DNA of 64,000 nucleotides from Christensenellaceae bacterium (lineage in GTDB: Bacteria > Bacillota > Clostridia > Christensenellales > Borkfalkiaceae), in the NCBI GenBank assembly GCA_045637285.1, contig JAZTZE010000010.1, forward strand, positions 9,249 to 73,248. The letters run 5' to 3'. This document shows positions 15,060 through 25,122 of this stretch, one piece after another. Within the stretch, counting starts at the first letter, position 1. Every line of letters starts with the position of its first letter. Under the pieces are notes generated by a model that was given only the letters and a program-made list of their open reading frames with translations, was not told the DNA's origin and ran no database searches. A program made the position numbers and the translations under genes.

Positions 15060-16991
15060 ATGAAAATTACGCTTAAAGACGGTTCTTTTTTAGATTTTGA
15101 AAGTGCCGTTAGCGTTGCTGACGTAGCAATGGCTATATCGGAAGGATTATTTAGAAACGCTGTTTGTGCAAAGGTTGACGGGCAACTCGTTGACTTATCT
15201 ACCCTTATAGAAAAAGACAGCGAAGTTGAAATAGTGACGCTAAAAGATAAAGAAGGGTTACAAGTATATCGTCACACGGTTGCGCACGTTTTAGCGCAAG
15301 CAGTAAAGAACGTTTTCCCGACTAGCAAGCTCGCTATTGGTCCTACCATAGAAAACGGATTTTATTACGATATCGAATTTAAAACGCCCATAACTCAACA
15401 AGATTTGGCTAAGATAGAAAGCGAAATGAAAGACATTATAAAAAGTGATTTCCCCATTGAACGCATAGTTTATTCTAAGCGTGATGCGGTTAAACTTTTC
15501 AAAGGTTTTTCAGAGCCCTATAAAGTTGAACTTATTAACGACCTTCCCGCAAACAGCGTGATATCGTGTTATAAGCAAGGTGATTTCGTTGACTTATGTC
15601 GCGGGCCACACCTTCCATCAACTGGCAAAATCAAAGCTTTCAAGCTTACGTCAATAACTGGTGCTTATTGGCGTGGGGACGAAAAGAACAAAATGCTTAC
15701 CCGTATTTACGGAACGGCATTTGCTAAAAAGTCTGAATTAGAAGAATATCTTACCGCTTTAGAAGAAGCTAAAAAGAGAGATCACAATAAACTTGGCAGA
15801 GAACTTGGAATTTTTATTACTGAAGACGTGGTTGGCCAAGGCTTACCGCTTTTGGGGCATAAAGGTGCGAAAATCATGCAAATTTTACAACGTTTTGTAG
15901 AAGACGAAGAAGAAAAGCGTGGTTTTATGCTTACCAGAACGCCTTATATGGCTAAGAATGACTTATATCGTATTTCAGGTCACTGGGATCATTATAGGGA
16001 CAAAATGTTTATTATAGGTGATGAAAACTCTCCCGAAGCGATGGCTCTTCGTCCTATGACTTGTCCTTTCCAATATCAATTGTATAGAAACGGCTTAAAG
16101 AGTTATAGGGACTTGCCATGCAGATATGCAGAAACTGCGCCTTTATTCAGAAACGAAGCGAGTGGGGAAATGCACGGGCTTATTCGTGTTCGCCAATTTA
16201 CTTTGTCAGACGGTCATATCGTTTGTACCCCCGAACAAATTGAAGGCGAATTTAGACGTTGTTTAGAGCTCACTTATTATTTCCTTGATTGCTTGGGAAT
16301 GAGAGATGACGTTACTTATCGTTTTTCTAAACGTGGAAACTCAAAGAGTGACAAATATATTGACAACGATAAGGCTTGGAATGAAACCGAAGCGTTGATG
16401 AAGGTTATTCTTGACAACATCGGTATTGACTACGTTGAAGCGGACGATGAAGCTGCTTTCTACGGACCTAAACTTGATATTCAAGCAAAGAACGTTTATG
16501 GAAAAGAAGATACTATTATCACTATTCAAATAGACTTTGCTGCAGCACACAACTTTGAAATGACCTATGTAGATGAAAACGGAACTAAGCAATATCCGTT
16601 CGTTATCCACAGAAGCTCAATTGGTTGCTATGAAAGAACTCTCGCAATGCTTATTGAAAAATATGCAGGAGCATTCCCGTTCTGGATTTGCCCCGTTCAA
16701 GTTAAGGTTATGAGCCTTACCGATAGAACGGCAGACTATGCAAAAGAAATAGTAGACAAACTCAAAATGGCTGGTTTAAGAGCAGAAGTTGACGTAAGAA
16801 ACGAAAAAATCGGCTACAAGATTAGAGAAGCTCAGCTTGAAAAAGTTCCTTACATGTTTATTGTTGGCGATAAGGAAAAGGAAGATAACGTTGTTTCCGT
16901 TCGCTCAAGAAAAGACGGGGATTTAGGCGTTATGTCTCTCGAAGAAATAACCTTAAAGCTTGTTGAAGAAGATCGTAGCAAAAAAGTTTAA
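15060..16991 (+). CDS. thrS: Threonine--tRNA ligase
   Basis: 643 aa. TGS domain, second additional domain (HTVAHVLAQA), class II core and anticodon-binding domain. AGGAGG RBS. Confidence 0.97.
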   Translation: MKITLKDGSFLDFESAVSVADVAMAISEGLFRNAVCAKVDGQLVDLSTLIEKDSEVEIVTLKDKEGLQVYRHTVAHVLAQAVKNVFPTSKLAIGPTIENGFYYDIEFKTPITQQDLAKIESEMKDIIKSDFPIERIVYSKRDAVKLFKGFSEPYKVELINDLPANSVISCYKQGDFVDLCRGPHLPSTGKIKAFKLTSITGAYWRGDEKNKMLTRIYGTAFAKKSELEEYLTALEEAKKRDHNKLGRELGIFITEDVVGQGLPLLGHKGAKIMQILQRFVEDEEEKRGFMLTRTPYMAKNDLYRISGHWDHYRDKMFIIGDENSPEAMALRPMTCPFQYQLYRNGLKSYRDLPCRYAETAPLFRNEASGEMHGLIRVRQFTLSDGHIVCTPEQIEGEFRRCLELTYYFLDCLGMRDDVTYRFSKRGNSKSDKYIDNDKAWNETEALMKVILDNIGIDYVEADDEAAFYGPKLDIQAKNVYGKEDTIITIQIDFAAAHNFEMTYVDENGTKQYPFVIHRSSIGCYERTLAMLIEKYAGAFPFWICPVQVKVMSLTDRTADYAKEIVDKLKMAGLRAEVDVRNEKIGYKIREAQLEKVPYMFIVGDKEKEDNVVSVRSRKDGDLGVMSLEEITLKLVEEDRSKKV

Positions 16992-17001
16992 AAATAAAAA
17001 A

Positions 17002-17034
17002 AGAGAGTAGCAAGTAGCTACTCTCTTTGCTTTT
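17002..17034 (+). terminator. thrS intrinsic terminator
   Basis: AGAGAGTAGC-loop-GCTACTCTCT followed by TTTGCTTTT. Confidence 0.75.
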
Positions 17035-17035
17035 A

Positions 17036-17076
17036 AAAAGTGAAAGCGGAGAGAACGAATATGTCTCTCCGCTTTC
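17036..17076 (-). terminator. Terminator of the YitT-family gene
   Basis: GAAAGCGGAGAGA...TCTCTCCGCTTTC, 13-bp stem, T-run on the minus strand. Confidence 0.7.
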
Positions 17077-17103
17077 GGTAGGAAATAATAAAAAACGTGT
17101 AGG

Positions 17104-17979
17104 CTATTTGATGCGATTAAACCCTTGTCCGTAAACTTCGTTTGCTTCGCAAACGATAACGAATGCGTGTTCATCAAGTTGTTTAATCATATTTTTCAAA
17201 GGAACTACTTGGTTATTTTTTACGCAAGTAAATAAAATTCCTTTTGGTGTTTTTGAATACATTCCTTCGCCTTGAATTAGCGTAACGCCACGCGGGCTGT
17301 GTGAAATGAGATAATCAGAAATTACTTCTGCTTTATCTGTTATTATGTAGCAGAGTTTTGCGTGGTTCAAACCCAAAACTATTAGGTCTGAAACCTTAGC
17401 ACTCACGAATATTAATATAAGGGCAAAGAGCACGTTTTCGGGCTTTGAAAGCATAGATGCACCCATAATTACCACCAACCCGTCAAACAAAGCAACGTGC
17501 GTTGCAATACTGCCGAATGGGATAACGTGATAGGTTAGTCTTCCCAATAATTCCGTTCCGCCACTGCTCGTTTCGTACTTTATAAAGAGTCCAATTCCAA
17601 TACCTTGTAACACACCGCCGTAAAGCCCAGCTAAAATGGGGTTGTCAGTAAGAGTTGTTAGCGAAGTTATCTGAGCAACGAAGCCACAAATTTCAGTAAA
17701 CAAACCTAACGTAGTCGTTGTGATGAAACATCTTAATATAAACATCCAACCCATAAGCTTAAATCCGAACAACAGAATTGGTATGTTGATTATGACTATG
17801 AATAGACCAGCGGGAAGACCGGTAAGAATTTCTATAAGTGAAGCTGCGCCACTAACTCCACCGCCAACTATTTGGTTGGGGATTAAAAAGATTGCAAGGC
17901 TTGATGCGTAGCAAATGCAACCTAAAATCATAAACGAATAACGCTTTATTTCGTTAATTATTGAATTGTTGTTTAACAT
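17104..17979 (-). CDS. YitT family membrane protein (with C-terminal DUF2179-like domain)
   Basis: Polytopic N-terminal region plus a C-terminal soluble domain (…GVTLIQGEGMYSKTPKGILFTCV…). ATG 17979 is preferred over the ORF-track TTG at 18003. Confidence 0.7.
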   Translation of the reverse strand: MLNNNSIINEIKRYSFMILGCICYASSLAIFLIPNQIVGGGVSGAASLIEILTGLPAGLFIVIINIPILLFGFKLMGWMFILRCFITTTTLGLFTEICGFVAQITSLTTLTDNPILAGLYGGVLQGIGIGLFIKYETSSGGTELLGRLTYHVIPFGSIATHVALFDGLVVIMGASMLSKPENVLFALILIFVSAKVSDLIVLGLNHAKLCYIITDKAEVISDYLISHSPRGVTLIQGEGMYSKTPKGILFTCVKNNQVVPLKNMIKQLDEHAFVIVCEANEVYGQGFNRIK

Positions 17980-18150
17980 ATTATTTCCTAAATGTATAAT
18001 CAATCATGCAATTAGCATTACTTTAATTTTATATATTATATTTGATAAAAAGAAATTTATCAAGTGTTTTTAAATAAAATTTTATTAAAAAATGTAATAT
18101 CATTATAACAATTTTATAATATTGAAAGGTAAAAGAATTTTAAAAACCAC

Positions 18151-18179
18151 TTGACTTTTAATGTTTTTATAACTATAAT
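18151..18179 (+). promoter_or_regulatory. Promoter TTGACT-17-TATAAT upstream of the MgtC-family gene
   Basis: TTGACT at 18151-18156 and TATAAT at 18174-18179. Confidence 0.5.
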
Positions 18180-18212
18180 AATAAAAATATATTTTTAGCA
18201 GGGAGAACATTA

Positions 18213-18887
18213 ATGCTTACATATTCATTTTTCGGAGAAGAATTTTTGATTTTAGACGTTGTTTTGAGAATCGTGTTGGCGTTGGCTTTAGGGTTTGCCA
18301 TCGGTTTTGAAAGAAAAATGCGCTTTAAAGAAGCAGGGGTAAGAACTCACACTATAGTTTGTATCGGTTCTTGTCTTTATATGGTAATTTCTATGTTTGC
18401 TTTTGAAGGGGCAGATACTTCGCGTGTTGCCGCTCAAATAGTAACGGGCATAGGTTTCTTGGGTGCAGGTATGATATTTTATCATAAAGAAATGGTTCAC
18501 GGATTAACTACGGCTGCCGGCATTTGGGCTACTGCTGCAATTGGTATGGCTGCAGGTGCAGGTTGGTATATAGTGTCTGTGGTTGCAACTATATTAATCA
18601 TTTTGTTGCAATGCATAATGCATACCAATTTTAAGGTTTTCCACTCGCACCACTTTGTTAAAATTAACATAGTGTTCGTGGAAACGGATGGAAAGCAAAG
18701 CGAAGAGATTAAAAATATGTTTAATATTAAGCGTTTTACTAAGGTTAACACTAAAAGGGATGGGGGAAAGCTCATTTCAAGTGTAGTAATAAGCACTGAT
18801 AAAGCGATAAATGCTAGAGAAATTTACAAATTCTTAAACGATAATCCAAACATAATAAGTATTGCGCGTCAAGACGACGATTTTTAA
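18213..18887 (+). CDS. mgtC: MgtC/SapB family membrane protein
   Basis: 224 aa. ...GFERKMRFKEAGVRTHTIVCIGS...GIGFLGAGMIF...GLTTAAGIWATAAIGMAAGAG, plus a C-terminal ACT-like domain. Confidence 0.85.
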   Translation: MLTYSFFGEEFLILDVVLRIVLALALGFAIGFERKMRFKEAGVRTHTIVCIGSCLYMVISMFAFEGADTSRVAAQIVTGIGFLGAGMIFYHKEMVHGLTTAAGIWATAAIGMAAGAGWYIVSVVATILIILLQCIMHTNFKVFHSHHFVKINIVFVETDGKQSEEIKNMFNIKRFTKVNTKRDGGKLISSVVISTDKAINAREIYKFLNDNPNIISIARQDDDF

Positions 18888-18911
18888 CGATTAATTGGTG
18901 CTGGAGAAATT

Positions 18912-19724
18912 ATGAAAAAAGATGTTTTAGGCAAAGATTTTGCTTGTGTTTCACAAAAAAAACTATTCTTGTTTGATCAAGATGGGACGATATATTTAGA
19001 TAATGAGTTGTTTGACGGCGTTTTGGAGCTAATGGATAAAATTAAAAGCGAAGGCGGAAACTATGTTTTTATAACAAACAACTCGTCCAAATCAGTGTCT
19101 GATTATGTTAAAAAATTAAACGACTTAGGGCTTAAGGAAGTTACAGAACAAAACTTTTTTACTTCTACGCAAGCCGCGGCGTTTTTGTTTAATGAAAAAT
19201 TTGGCGACAAGCTCGTTTACGTTCAAGGTACGTGCTCGTTTGTTAAAGAATTAAAAGAAATGGGCTTAAACGTTACCGAAGAATACACTGACGATGCTTG
19301 TGCTGTTTTGGTTGGCTTTGACTTGGAACTAAACATGGAAAAATTGCGCACTACGTGCAAAATGCTTACTAAGCATGATATTCCGTATTACGCTACTAAT
19401 CCCGACTGGGTTTGTCCTGTTGATTTTGGCTATATTCCTGATTGTGGGTCAATGTGTTTTGGTATAGAAAAAGCAACGGGAAAAGCTCCTATATATATTG
19501 GCAAGCCTATGCCACAAATGATTTATAGCGCAATGAAAAAATTCAACGCGACCAAAGAGCAAACGGTGGTGTTTGGCGATAGGTTATATACCGATATTGC
19601 GTCGGGGGTAAACGCAGGTGTTGACACGGTGTTTGTTCTAAGTGGTGAAGCAACCTTAAAGGATATGGAAGAAAGCGACGTTAAGCCTACTTTCGTGTTA
19701 AACAGCGTAAAAGATTTGCTGTAA
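18912..19724 (+). CDS. HAD-IIA family hydrolase (NagD-like sugar phosphatase)
   Basis: LFLFDQDGTIY (DxDGT), ITNNSS, and GDRLYTDI. Confidence 0.8.
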   Translation: MKKDVLGKDFACVSQKKLFLFDQDGTIYLDNELFDGVLELMDKIKSEGGNYVFITNNSSKSVSDYVKKLNDLGLKEVTEQNFFTSTQAAAFLFNEKFGDKLVYVQGTCSFVKELKEMGLNVTEEYTDDACAVLVGFDLELNMEKLRTTCKMLTKHDIPYYATNPDWVCPVDFGYIPDCGSMCFGIEKATGKAPIYIGKPMPQMIYSAMKKFNATKEQTVVFGDRLYTDIASGVNAGVDTVFVLSGEATLKDMEESDVKPTFVLNSVKDLL

Positions 19725-19780
19725 AGTACAAACTAAAAAGCGGCGCGAAAGGGCGTGTGCTTTAGTTGTTTGTTAAAATA

Positions 19781-19820
19781 AAAGACTAACGAAATTTTCG
19801 TTAGTCTTTTCATTTTTTTG
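19781..19820 (+). terminator. Intrinsic terminator after the HAD gene
   Basis: AAAGACTAACGAAA/TTTCGTTAGTCTTT followed by a T-run. Confidence 0.75.
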
Positions 19821-19937
19821 TTTTGTAACATGCAACTTTGTGTTGTAAAGTATAATGTGTAAACCGCCGTTTTTTTCTTTTGCTTGACACGTATTCGATA
19901 TCGTGATAAAATTGTTTTAACAATATTGGAGTTTTTT

Positions 19938-20618
19938 ATGATAAACGTTTTGATTGTTGATGATGACAAAAACATACGAAAACTTATGGGCGTGGTTTTA
20001 GAGCGCGCTGGATATAAAGCGTATACGGCGGAAAATGGCAAGGTTGCACTCGAACTGTTGGATCAGGTGAAGGTTGACATAGCGATAGTTGACGTTACCA
20101 TGCCTGAAATTGACGGCTACGAGTTTACCAAAACTCTGCGCGAAACGAAACAAGGATTGCCCGTTATAATGGTGTCAGCAAAACAACTTCCTGAAGACAG
20201 GAAAAAAGGCTTTTTGGCGGGCATTGACGATTATATGGTTAAGCCCGTGGATATGGAAGAATTGCTTTTGCATATTAAAGCACTTCTCCGTAGAGTGCAG
20301 ATCAACGACCAAAAGAAAATTATTATTGGCGACGTGGAGATTGATAGCGATAGTTTTACTGTTAGAAAAGGGAGTTCAGTTCAGGAATTGCCACAGAAAG
20401 AGTTTCAATTGCTATGGTTGCTATTGTCATATCCGAATAAGATTTTTACGCGCATTCAGATTATGGATGAAATATGGGGAATGGATTGCGATACGAGCTG
20501 GGAGACGATAACCGTTCATATTGCAAGGTTAAGAAAACGTTTTGAGAATTTAGAAGAATTTGAAATCCAGTCGGTAAGGGGATTGGGATACAAGGCGGTA
20601 AAAAATGAAAAAAAATAA
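19938..20618 (+). CDS. OmpR-family response regulator
   Basis: MINVLIVDDDKN...VDVTMPEIDG...VKPV plus winged helix. GGAG RBS. The ORF-track start at 19884 is upstream of the RBS. Confidence 0.9.
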   Translation: MINVLIVDDDKNIRKLMGVVLERAGYKAYTAENGKVALELLDQVKVDIAIVDVTMPEIDGYEFTKTLRETKQGLPVIMVSAKQLPEDRKKGFLAGIDDYMVKPVDMEELLLHIKALLRRVQINDQKKIIIGDVEIDSDSFTVRKGSSVQELPQKEFQLLWLLLSYPNKIFTRIQIMDEIWGMDCDTSWETITVHIARLRKRFENLEEFEIQSVRGLGYKAVKNEKK

Positions 20619-21669
20619 AAAAGACGAGTACAAACCGCTAAACCTTAATATGATTTTCGTTTCGGCGGTTTTTATTATATTGCTTGGAACTATCGGGCTA
20701 CTCGTTGGGGCTGTGTATATATTTAGGGCACTCAACATTATACAATTCGTTTCGCTCGAAATACCAGGGTGGTTGTTCGTTTTAATACTTACTGTGTCAA
20801 GCATGGTGTTGGGGACGGTAATATCTTACTTTATGAGTAAGTTTGTGTTGAAAGCATCTAATAGGGTGGTGGACGGCTTGGAGAAGCTTGCTTCCGGCGA
20901 CTTTAAGGAGAGATTGTATTTAGGCGAGAGCAAGGCACACGTTCAACTTTCGGATGCGTTTAATAAGCTTGCAAAAGAGCTTGAAGATACAAAAATGCTA
21001 CGCGCTGACTTTATAAACGAATTTGCACATGAGTTTAAAACTCCAATAGTGTCCATTAAAGGCTTTGCGGAATTGCTAACCGAAGAACATTTAACTAATA
21101 AGCAAAGAGAAGAGTATATAAACATTATTATAGAAGAGACTACTCGCTTGTCGGATTTGGCGCATAATTATTTGGCACTTACAAAAATTGAAAAACAAAA
21201 CATTCTTACCGATAAAACTGAGTTTAATATATCAGAGCAGATTCGTTCATCACTTTTGCTTTTTGAAAGAAAGTGGACGCAAAAAAATTTAGACTTGGCT
21301 TTATACGGTGAAGAAATTGCAGTAACCGCAAACGAAGAAATGTTGAAGCAGGTTTGGATTAACCTTATCGACAATGCAATTAAATTTTCTAACGCGAACG
21401 GGGATCTTAAAATCTCGATTGGGTTGGCAGATGGGTGTGCAAAAGTTGTGATTACAAATCAGGGTGCAGTAATAGACGAGTTAGATAAGAACAGAGTGTT
21501 TGAAAAGTTTTATCGTGCAAAAAACTCCAAAGGAACGGAGGGGTCTGGCGTGGGTTTGGCTATTGTTAAAAAGATAATAGAACTTCACGGCGGTTCGGTG
21601 GATGTTGAAAGCGTGAATGGTTGCACGAGTTTTAGTATAACGATTCCAAAAGCAAAGGGTATTAAATAA
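20605..21669 (+). CDS. Sensor histidine kinase with a very short extracellular loop (intramembrane-sensing type)
   Basis: Two closely spaced TM helices, HAMP-like segment, H-box FINEFAHEFKTPI, N-box NLIDNAIKFS and G-box GSGVGLAIVKKI. Confidence 0.88.
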   Translation: MKKNKKDEYKPLNLNMIFVSAVFIILLGTIGLLVGAVYIFRALNIIQFVSLEIPGWLFVLILTVSSMVLGTVISYFMSKFVLKASNRVVDGLEKLASGDFKERLYLGESKAHVQLSDAFNKLAKELEDTKMLRADFINEFAHEFKTPIVSIKGFAELLTEEHLTNKQREEYINIIIEETTRLSDLAHNYLALTKIEKQNILTDKTEFNISEQIRSSLLLFERKWTQKNLDLALYGEEIAVTANEEMLKQVWINLIDNAIKFSNANGDLKISIGLADGCAKVVITNQGAVIDELDKNRVFEKFYRAKNSKGTEGSGVGLAIVKKIIELHGGSVDVESVNGCTSFSITIPKAKGIK

Positions 21670-21687
21670 AACGGTAAAAAAACAAAA

Positions 21688-21713
21688 AGGCTTCGCAAGT
21701 TATGCGAAGCCTT
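21688..21713. terminator. Bidirectional terminator between the HK gene and rpsT
   Basis: AAGGCTTCGCA-agttat-GCGAAGCCTT. The T-run is strongest on the minus strand. Confidence 0.75.
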
Positions 21714-21731
21714 AAATTTTTATGTCAAAAA

Positions 21732-22025
21732 TTATTCAGCGTCTGCCTTGTCTGCACAAGCGGCAATAGCAGCGTCTACTTTCTTAGCAAGTTTAGCTTT
21801 TTTGTTAGAAGCATTGTTTGCGTGATAAATATTCTTTTGGCAAGCAGAATCAATTGCCTTGAATGCAGCTGAAAGGGCAGCCTTTGCTTCTTCTAATTTG
21901 TTTTCCTTTAAAAGAACGTCCACTTTCTTGATTTCAGTTTTAACTGCAGAACGGATAGCTTTGTTTTGTTCGGTTTTCTTTTCGTTTACTAAAACTCTCT
22001 TTTTTGCTGATTTAATATTTGGCAT
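21732..22025 (-). CDS. rpsT: 30S ribosomal protein S20
   Basis: MPNIKSAKKRVLVNEKKTEQNKAIRSAVKT.... AAGGAG RBS. The ORF-track start at 22094 is an upstream extension. Confidence 0.93.
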   Translation of the reverse strand: MPNIKSAKKRVLVNEKKTEQNKAIRSAVKTEIKKVDVLLKENKLEEAKAALSAAFKAIDSACQKNIYHANNASNKKAKLAKKVDAAIAACADKADAE

Positions 22026-22168
22026 TTTATATGCACTCCTTAGTTTACTTTTAATATCGCTAATAATTTTAACACAAATTAAAAGTAAATGCAACTACAT
22101 TTCAATGAGAATTTAACCTTTTTTATTTAATTTTTACTAAATTTTATTTTTTCAACATACAATTTAAT

Positions 22169-22912
22169 GTGTTTTTAGAGTTTATTGGTGTGCTGGATAG
22201 TGGGATTGGTGGGCTAAACGTGCTTAAAAAGCTCGAAAAAGTTATGCCTAATGAGAATTTTATATATTTTGGCGACAATGCCAACGCTCCTTATGGAAAT
22301 AAGAGTAAACGAGAATTACTTTCTTTAACGATAAGTAATATAAATTTTTTATTAATGTATCCGCTGAAGGCGATAGTGCTTGCATGTAACACGTTAAGCG
22401 CATGCTTATTAAATGAAATAAAAGATTATGTGTCACTGCCAGTATACCCAGTTTTTCCGCCGGTAGAAGTTTGTAAAATTAAAAAGGAGAAAACGCTACT
22501 TTTAGCTACCTGTGCAACTGCGAGTAATTATAAGAGTGACGAGCTGTGTGACGTGGTTGGATTAAAGAGTTTGGCGGAAGAAATTGAGCAAAAATCTTTG
22601 GACTTAAATTTGGTTGATTTTGCGACGAATATTCGTTATAAAAGTCAAGGGGTTTTTGCGGATAAAAAGGGGTATTATCACAACGTAATTTTGGGCTGTA
22701 CGCACTATGATTTAATAAAAAACAAAATTATTGACCACTTTTGCCCCCAAAAAATCATTGATGGAGCAGATTTTGCAGTGAAAAATGTATTAAAAAATAT
22801 TCAAAATCAAAAAACATTAGTAAAATGCTTGCAAAATCGCATTTTATTTATAGGTAAAAACGCACGCAAGAATTATGACGTTTATAATATATATAAAAAT
22901 TATGACCAATGA
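22169..22912 (+). CDS. murI: Glutamate racemase
   Basis: DSGIGGLNV, LACNTLSA and ILGCTHYDLI (two catalytic Cys motifs). GTG start is uncertain. Confidence 0.85.
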   Translation: MFLEFIGVLDSGIGGLNVLKKLEKVMPNENFIYFGDNANAPYGNKSKRELLSLTISNINFLLMYPLKAIVLACNTLSACLLNEIKDYVSLPVYPVFPPVEVCKIKKEKTLLLATCATASNYKSDELCDVVGLKSLAEEIEQKSLDLNLVDFATNIRYKSQGVFADKKGYYHNVILGCTHYDLIKNKIIDHFCPQKIIDGADFAVKNVLKNIQNQKTLVKCLQNRILFIGKNARKNYDVYNIYKNYDQ

Positions 22913-22957
22913 TACTAAAAAAAATTATAAAAAAACGAAAAAAAATTTTAAAAAAGG

Positions 22958-22987
22958 GTTGACAGTGGTCAAAAGTGTATGATACAA
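22958..22987 (+). promoter_or_regulatory. dcw cluster promoter TTGACA-18-TACAAT (TG-extended) overlapped by two GTG(G/T) repeats 10 nt apart (possible MraZ box)
   Basis: TTGACAGTGGTCAAAAGTGTATGATACAAT. Confidence 0.5.
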
Positions 22988-23022
22988 TAACTATGCAAAT
23001 AAAAAGGAGGGTATTATTTTAA

Positions 23023-23451
23023 ATGTCGAGCAGAAGTTACACGCATCAATTAGATGCTAAAAACAGAATGCGTATACCGGCAAAGTTTCGTGAAGAACTT
23101 GGATCGGATTATTCGATTACAGTCGGCACGGGCGGATGCTTATACGTTTATACTGCTCAACAAATGGAAAAAGTAATGTCCACCTTAAAAAATCTTAACG
23201 CTTATAGGGACAAGCAATTAAAAGCTGCTCGCTTCATTTTGTATAACACTTGGAACGCAGAAGAAGATAAACAAGGCAGAATACTTCTCCCTGAAAACTT
23301 GCGTAAGTTTGCTAAGATCGAAAAGAACGTAATCGTTTTCAAAGGTCCCACTTGCATAGAGATATGGAGTGAAGAAGTTTGGAACGAATACTACAACAAC
23401 TTCACCTTTGACGATCTTGCTGACGCAGTTGACGAGTTAACCAATGGCTGA
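23023..23451 (+). CDS. mraZ: Transcriptional regulator MraZ
   Basis: 142 aa, two SpoVT/AbrB-like repeats (LDAKNRMRIP and EDKQGRILLP). Confidence 0.95.
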   Translation: MSSRSYTHQLDAKNRMRIPAKFREELGSDYSITVGTGGCLYVYTAQQMEKVMSTLKNLNAYRDKQLKAARFILYNTWNAEEDKQGRILLPENLRKFAKIEKNVIVFKGPTCIEIWSEEVWNEYYNNFTFDDLADAVDELTNG

Positions 23452-24382
23452 GTTCGTTCATAAATCGGTAATGCTTGACCAAACCATTCAGGCGTTAAAC
23501 GTTAAAGTCGGTGGAACTTATTTCGACGGAACTCTTGGCGGGGGCGGGCACTCTTACGAAATTCTAAAAAAGAGCGGTCCTAACGGAAAACTTATTGCAA
23601 CAGACCTTGATACTTACGCAATAGGCAGAGCAACCGAAAGACTAAAAGAGTTTGACGGAAGGTTTAGTATAGTAAACGACAATTTCAAAAATTTTTTGTC
23701 GGTAAAAGAACAACTTAATATAGACGGTTTTGACGGAATACTTTTAGATTTAGGAGTTTCGAGTTTCCAGCTTGACGACAGAGAAAGAGGTTTCTCGTAT
23801 TTGGCAGAAGAAGTTGAACTCGATATGCGAATGGACAAGCAAAGCGGGTTAGATGCCAAAAAGGTCGTTAACGAATACGGTAAAGAAAAACTCGTTAGAA
23901 TCCTGTCTGAATATGGAGAAGAAAGGTTTGCCAACGCGATAGCAAACAATATAATAAAAGAAAGGCAAAATAAACCTATCCAAAAGGTAGGTGAATTAAT
24001 AAAAATAATACAATCGAGCATTCCTAAAAAGTTTCAAAATGACGGACATCCTGCAAAACGAACGTTTCAGGCGATAAGGATAGAAGTTAACGGAGAACTC
24101 GAAGGGCTATATCAAACGGTTTTGGATATGGCAAGATCGCTTAAAAAGGGAGGAAGGATAGCAATACTAACCTTTCATTCACTTGAAGACAGAATAGTCA
24201 AAAAAGCGTTTAAGGAATTAGAATGCGACTGCGTGTGTGATAAAAGCTTGCCAGTGTGTGTATGTGGAAAGAAAAAAGAGATAGAAATACTCACAAAACG
24301 CCCCATAACTGCATCGGAGGAAGAGCTCGAATATAACAGCAGAGCAAAAAGTGCAAAATTAAGAGTTGCTGAAAAACTCTAA
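23444..24382 (+). CDS. rsmH: 16S rRNA (cytosine1402-N4)-methyltransferase RsmH
   Basis: HKSVML..., DGTLGGGGHS and DLGVSSFQLD. Confidence 0.95.
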   Translation: MAEFVHKSVMLDQTIQALNVKVGGTYFDGTLGGGGHSYEILKKSGPNGKLIATDLDTYAIGRATERLKEFDGRFSIVNDNFKNFLSVKEQLNIDGFDGILLDLGVSSFQLDDRERGFSYLAEEVELDMRMDKQSGLDAKKVVNEYGKEKLVRILSEYGEERFANAIANNIIKERQNKPIQKVGELIKIIQSSIPKKFQNDGHPAKRTFQAIRIEVNGELEGLYQTVLDMARSLKKGGRIAILTFHSLEDRIVKKAFKELECDCVCDKSLPVCVCGKKKEIEILTKRPITASEEELEYNSRAKSAKLRVAEKL

Positions 24383-24418
24383 AATAAAAAATCTGGTTAA
24401 AAATAGAAGGAGAAATTT

Positions 24419-25000
24419 ATGGTTACCACAAGACGTTCAACAGAACAATCAAGCGCATATGATAACGGTTCTGCAAACGGTGGCGTTCAATTGCTTGAAA
24501 GGCCCGTTGCATACACTGCACCCCAACAAACTGAAACACACGATCAAGCAAAAGAAAGAATGCAGAAGAATCTTGATAAGTTATTAAACTATGATAGATA
24601 TTCTGAACAAGAAGTTTCTCAACAAATAGTAAGAGAAGAAAGCTCGGTTGCAGAAGAAGATATTAGACCGACTTCTACCACTATGCAATTCGGGGAAGAT
24701 ATTGACCAGATTCGTGAAGAAATGCGCTTGGCAGGAGAACAAGAAGAAGTTTACAAACTCAACGAAAAGGGTAGAGTGGTAGCAATTCTTTATTCTCTCG
24801 CTGTAACCATAATTTTGGCTTTAATTATACTTAACACTGGCGTGTTGGCATCACTTTCAAACAAAAGTGCAGAAAGAGCTGCAGAACTTGATAAAGTTGT
24901 TGCAGAATACAACACCATTCAAAGCCAAATAGACCAAGTTTCTTCTAACGATTACGTTAGCCAATGGGCTGAAGCAAACGGAATGGTAAAAGGTAATTAA
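24419..25000 (+). CDS. FtsL-position bitopic division protein with a long acidic cytoplasmic N-terminus
   Basis: 193 aa. Single TM VVAILYSLAVTIILALIILNTGVLA followed by a short coiled-coil. Call is based on gene order between rsmH and pbp. Confidence 0.5.
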   Translation: MVTTRRSTEQSSAYDNGSANGGVQLLERPVAYTAPQQTETHDQAKERMQKNLDKLLNYDRYSEQEVSQQIVREESSVAEEDIRPTSTTMQFGEDIDQIREEMRLAGEQEEVYKLNEKGRVVAILYSLAVTIILALIILNTGVLASLSNKSAERAAELDKVVAEYNTIQSQIDQVSSNDYVSQWAEANGMVKGN

Positions 25001-25122
25001 ATTCACGGCGTTTGAATACAATTTAATAAAAGTATTCAGGAAGTGGTTTTATCAAAGATTTTTCAATAACGATTTTACGAAAGAGGTTATTCGCAATAGT
25101 TCTTGCGGTAACCTTTTTATTT

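Noticed and set aside
18004-18212. Possible Mg2+ (M-box) riboswitch upstream of mgtC
   Set aside because: The region is extremely AT-rich with no GC-paired helices or M-box conserved segments. Only a promoter and a short TTGATAAA/TTTATCAA inverted repeat are visible.
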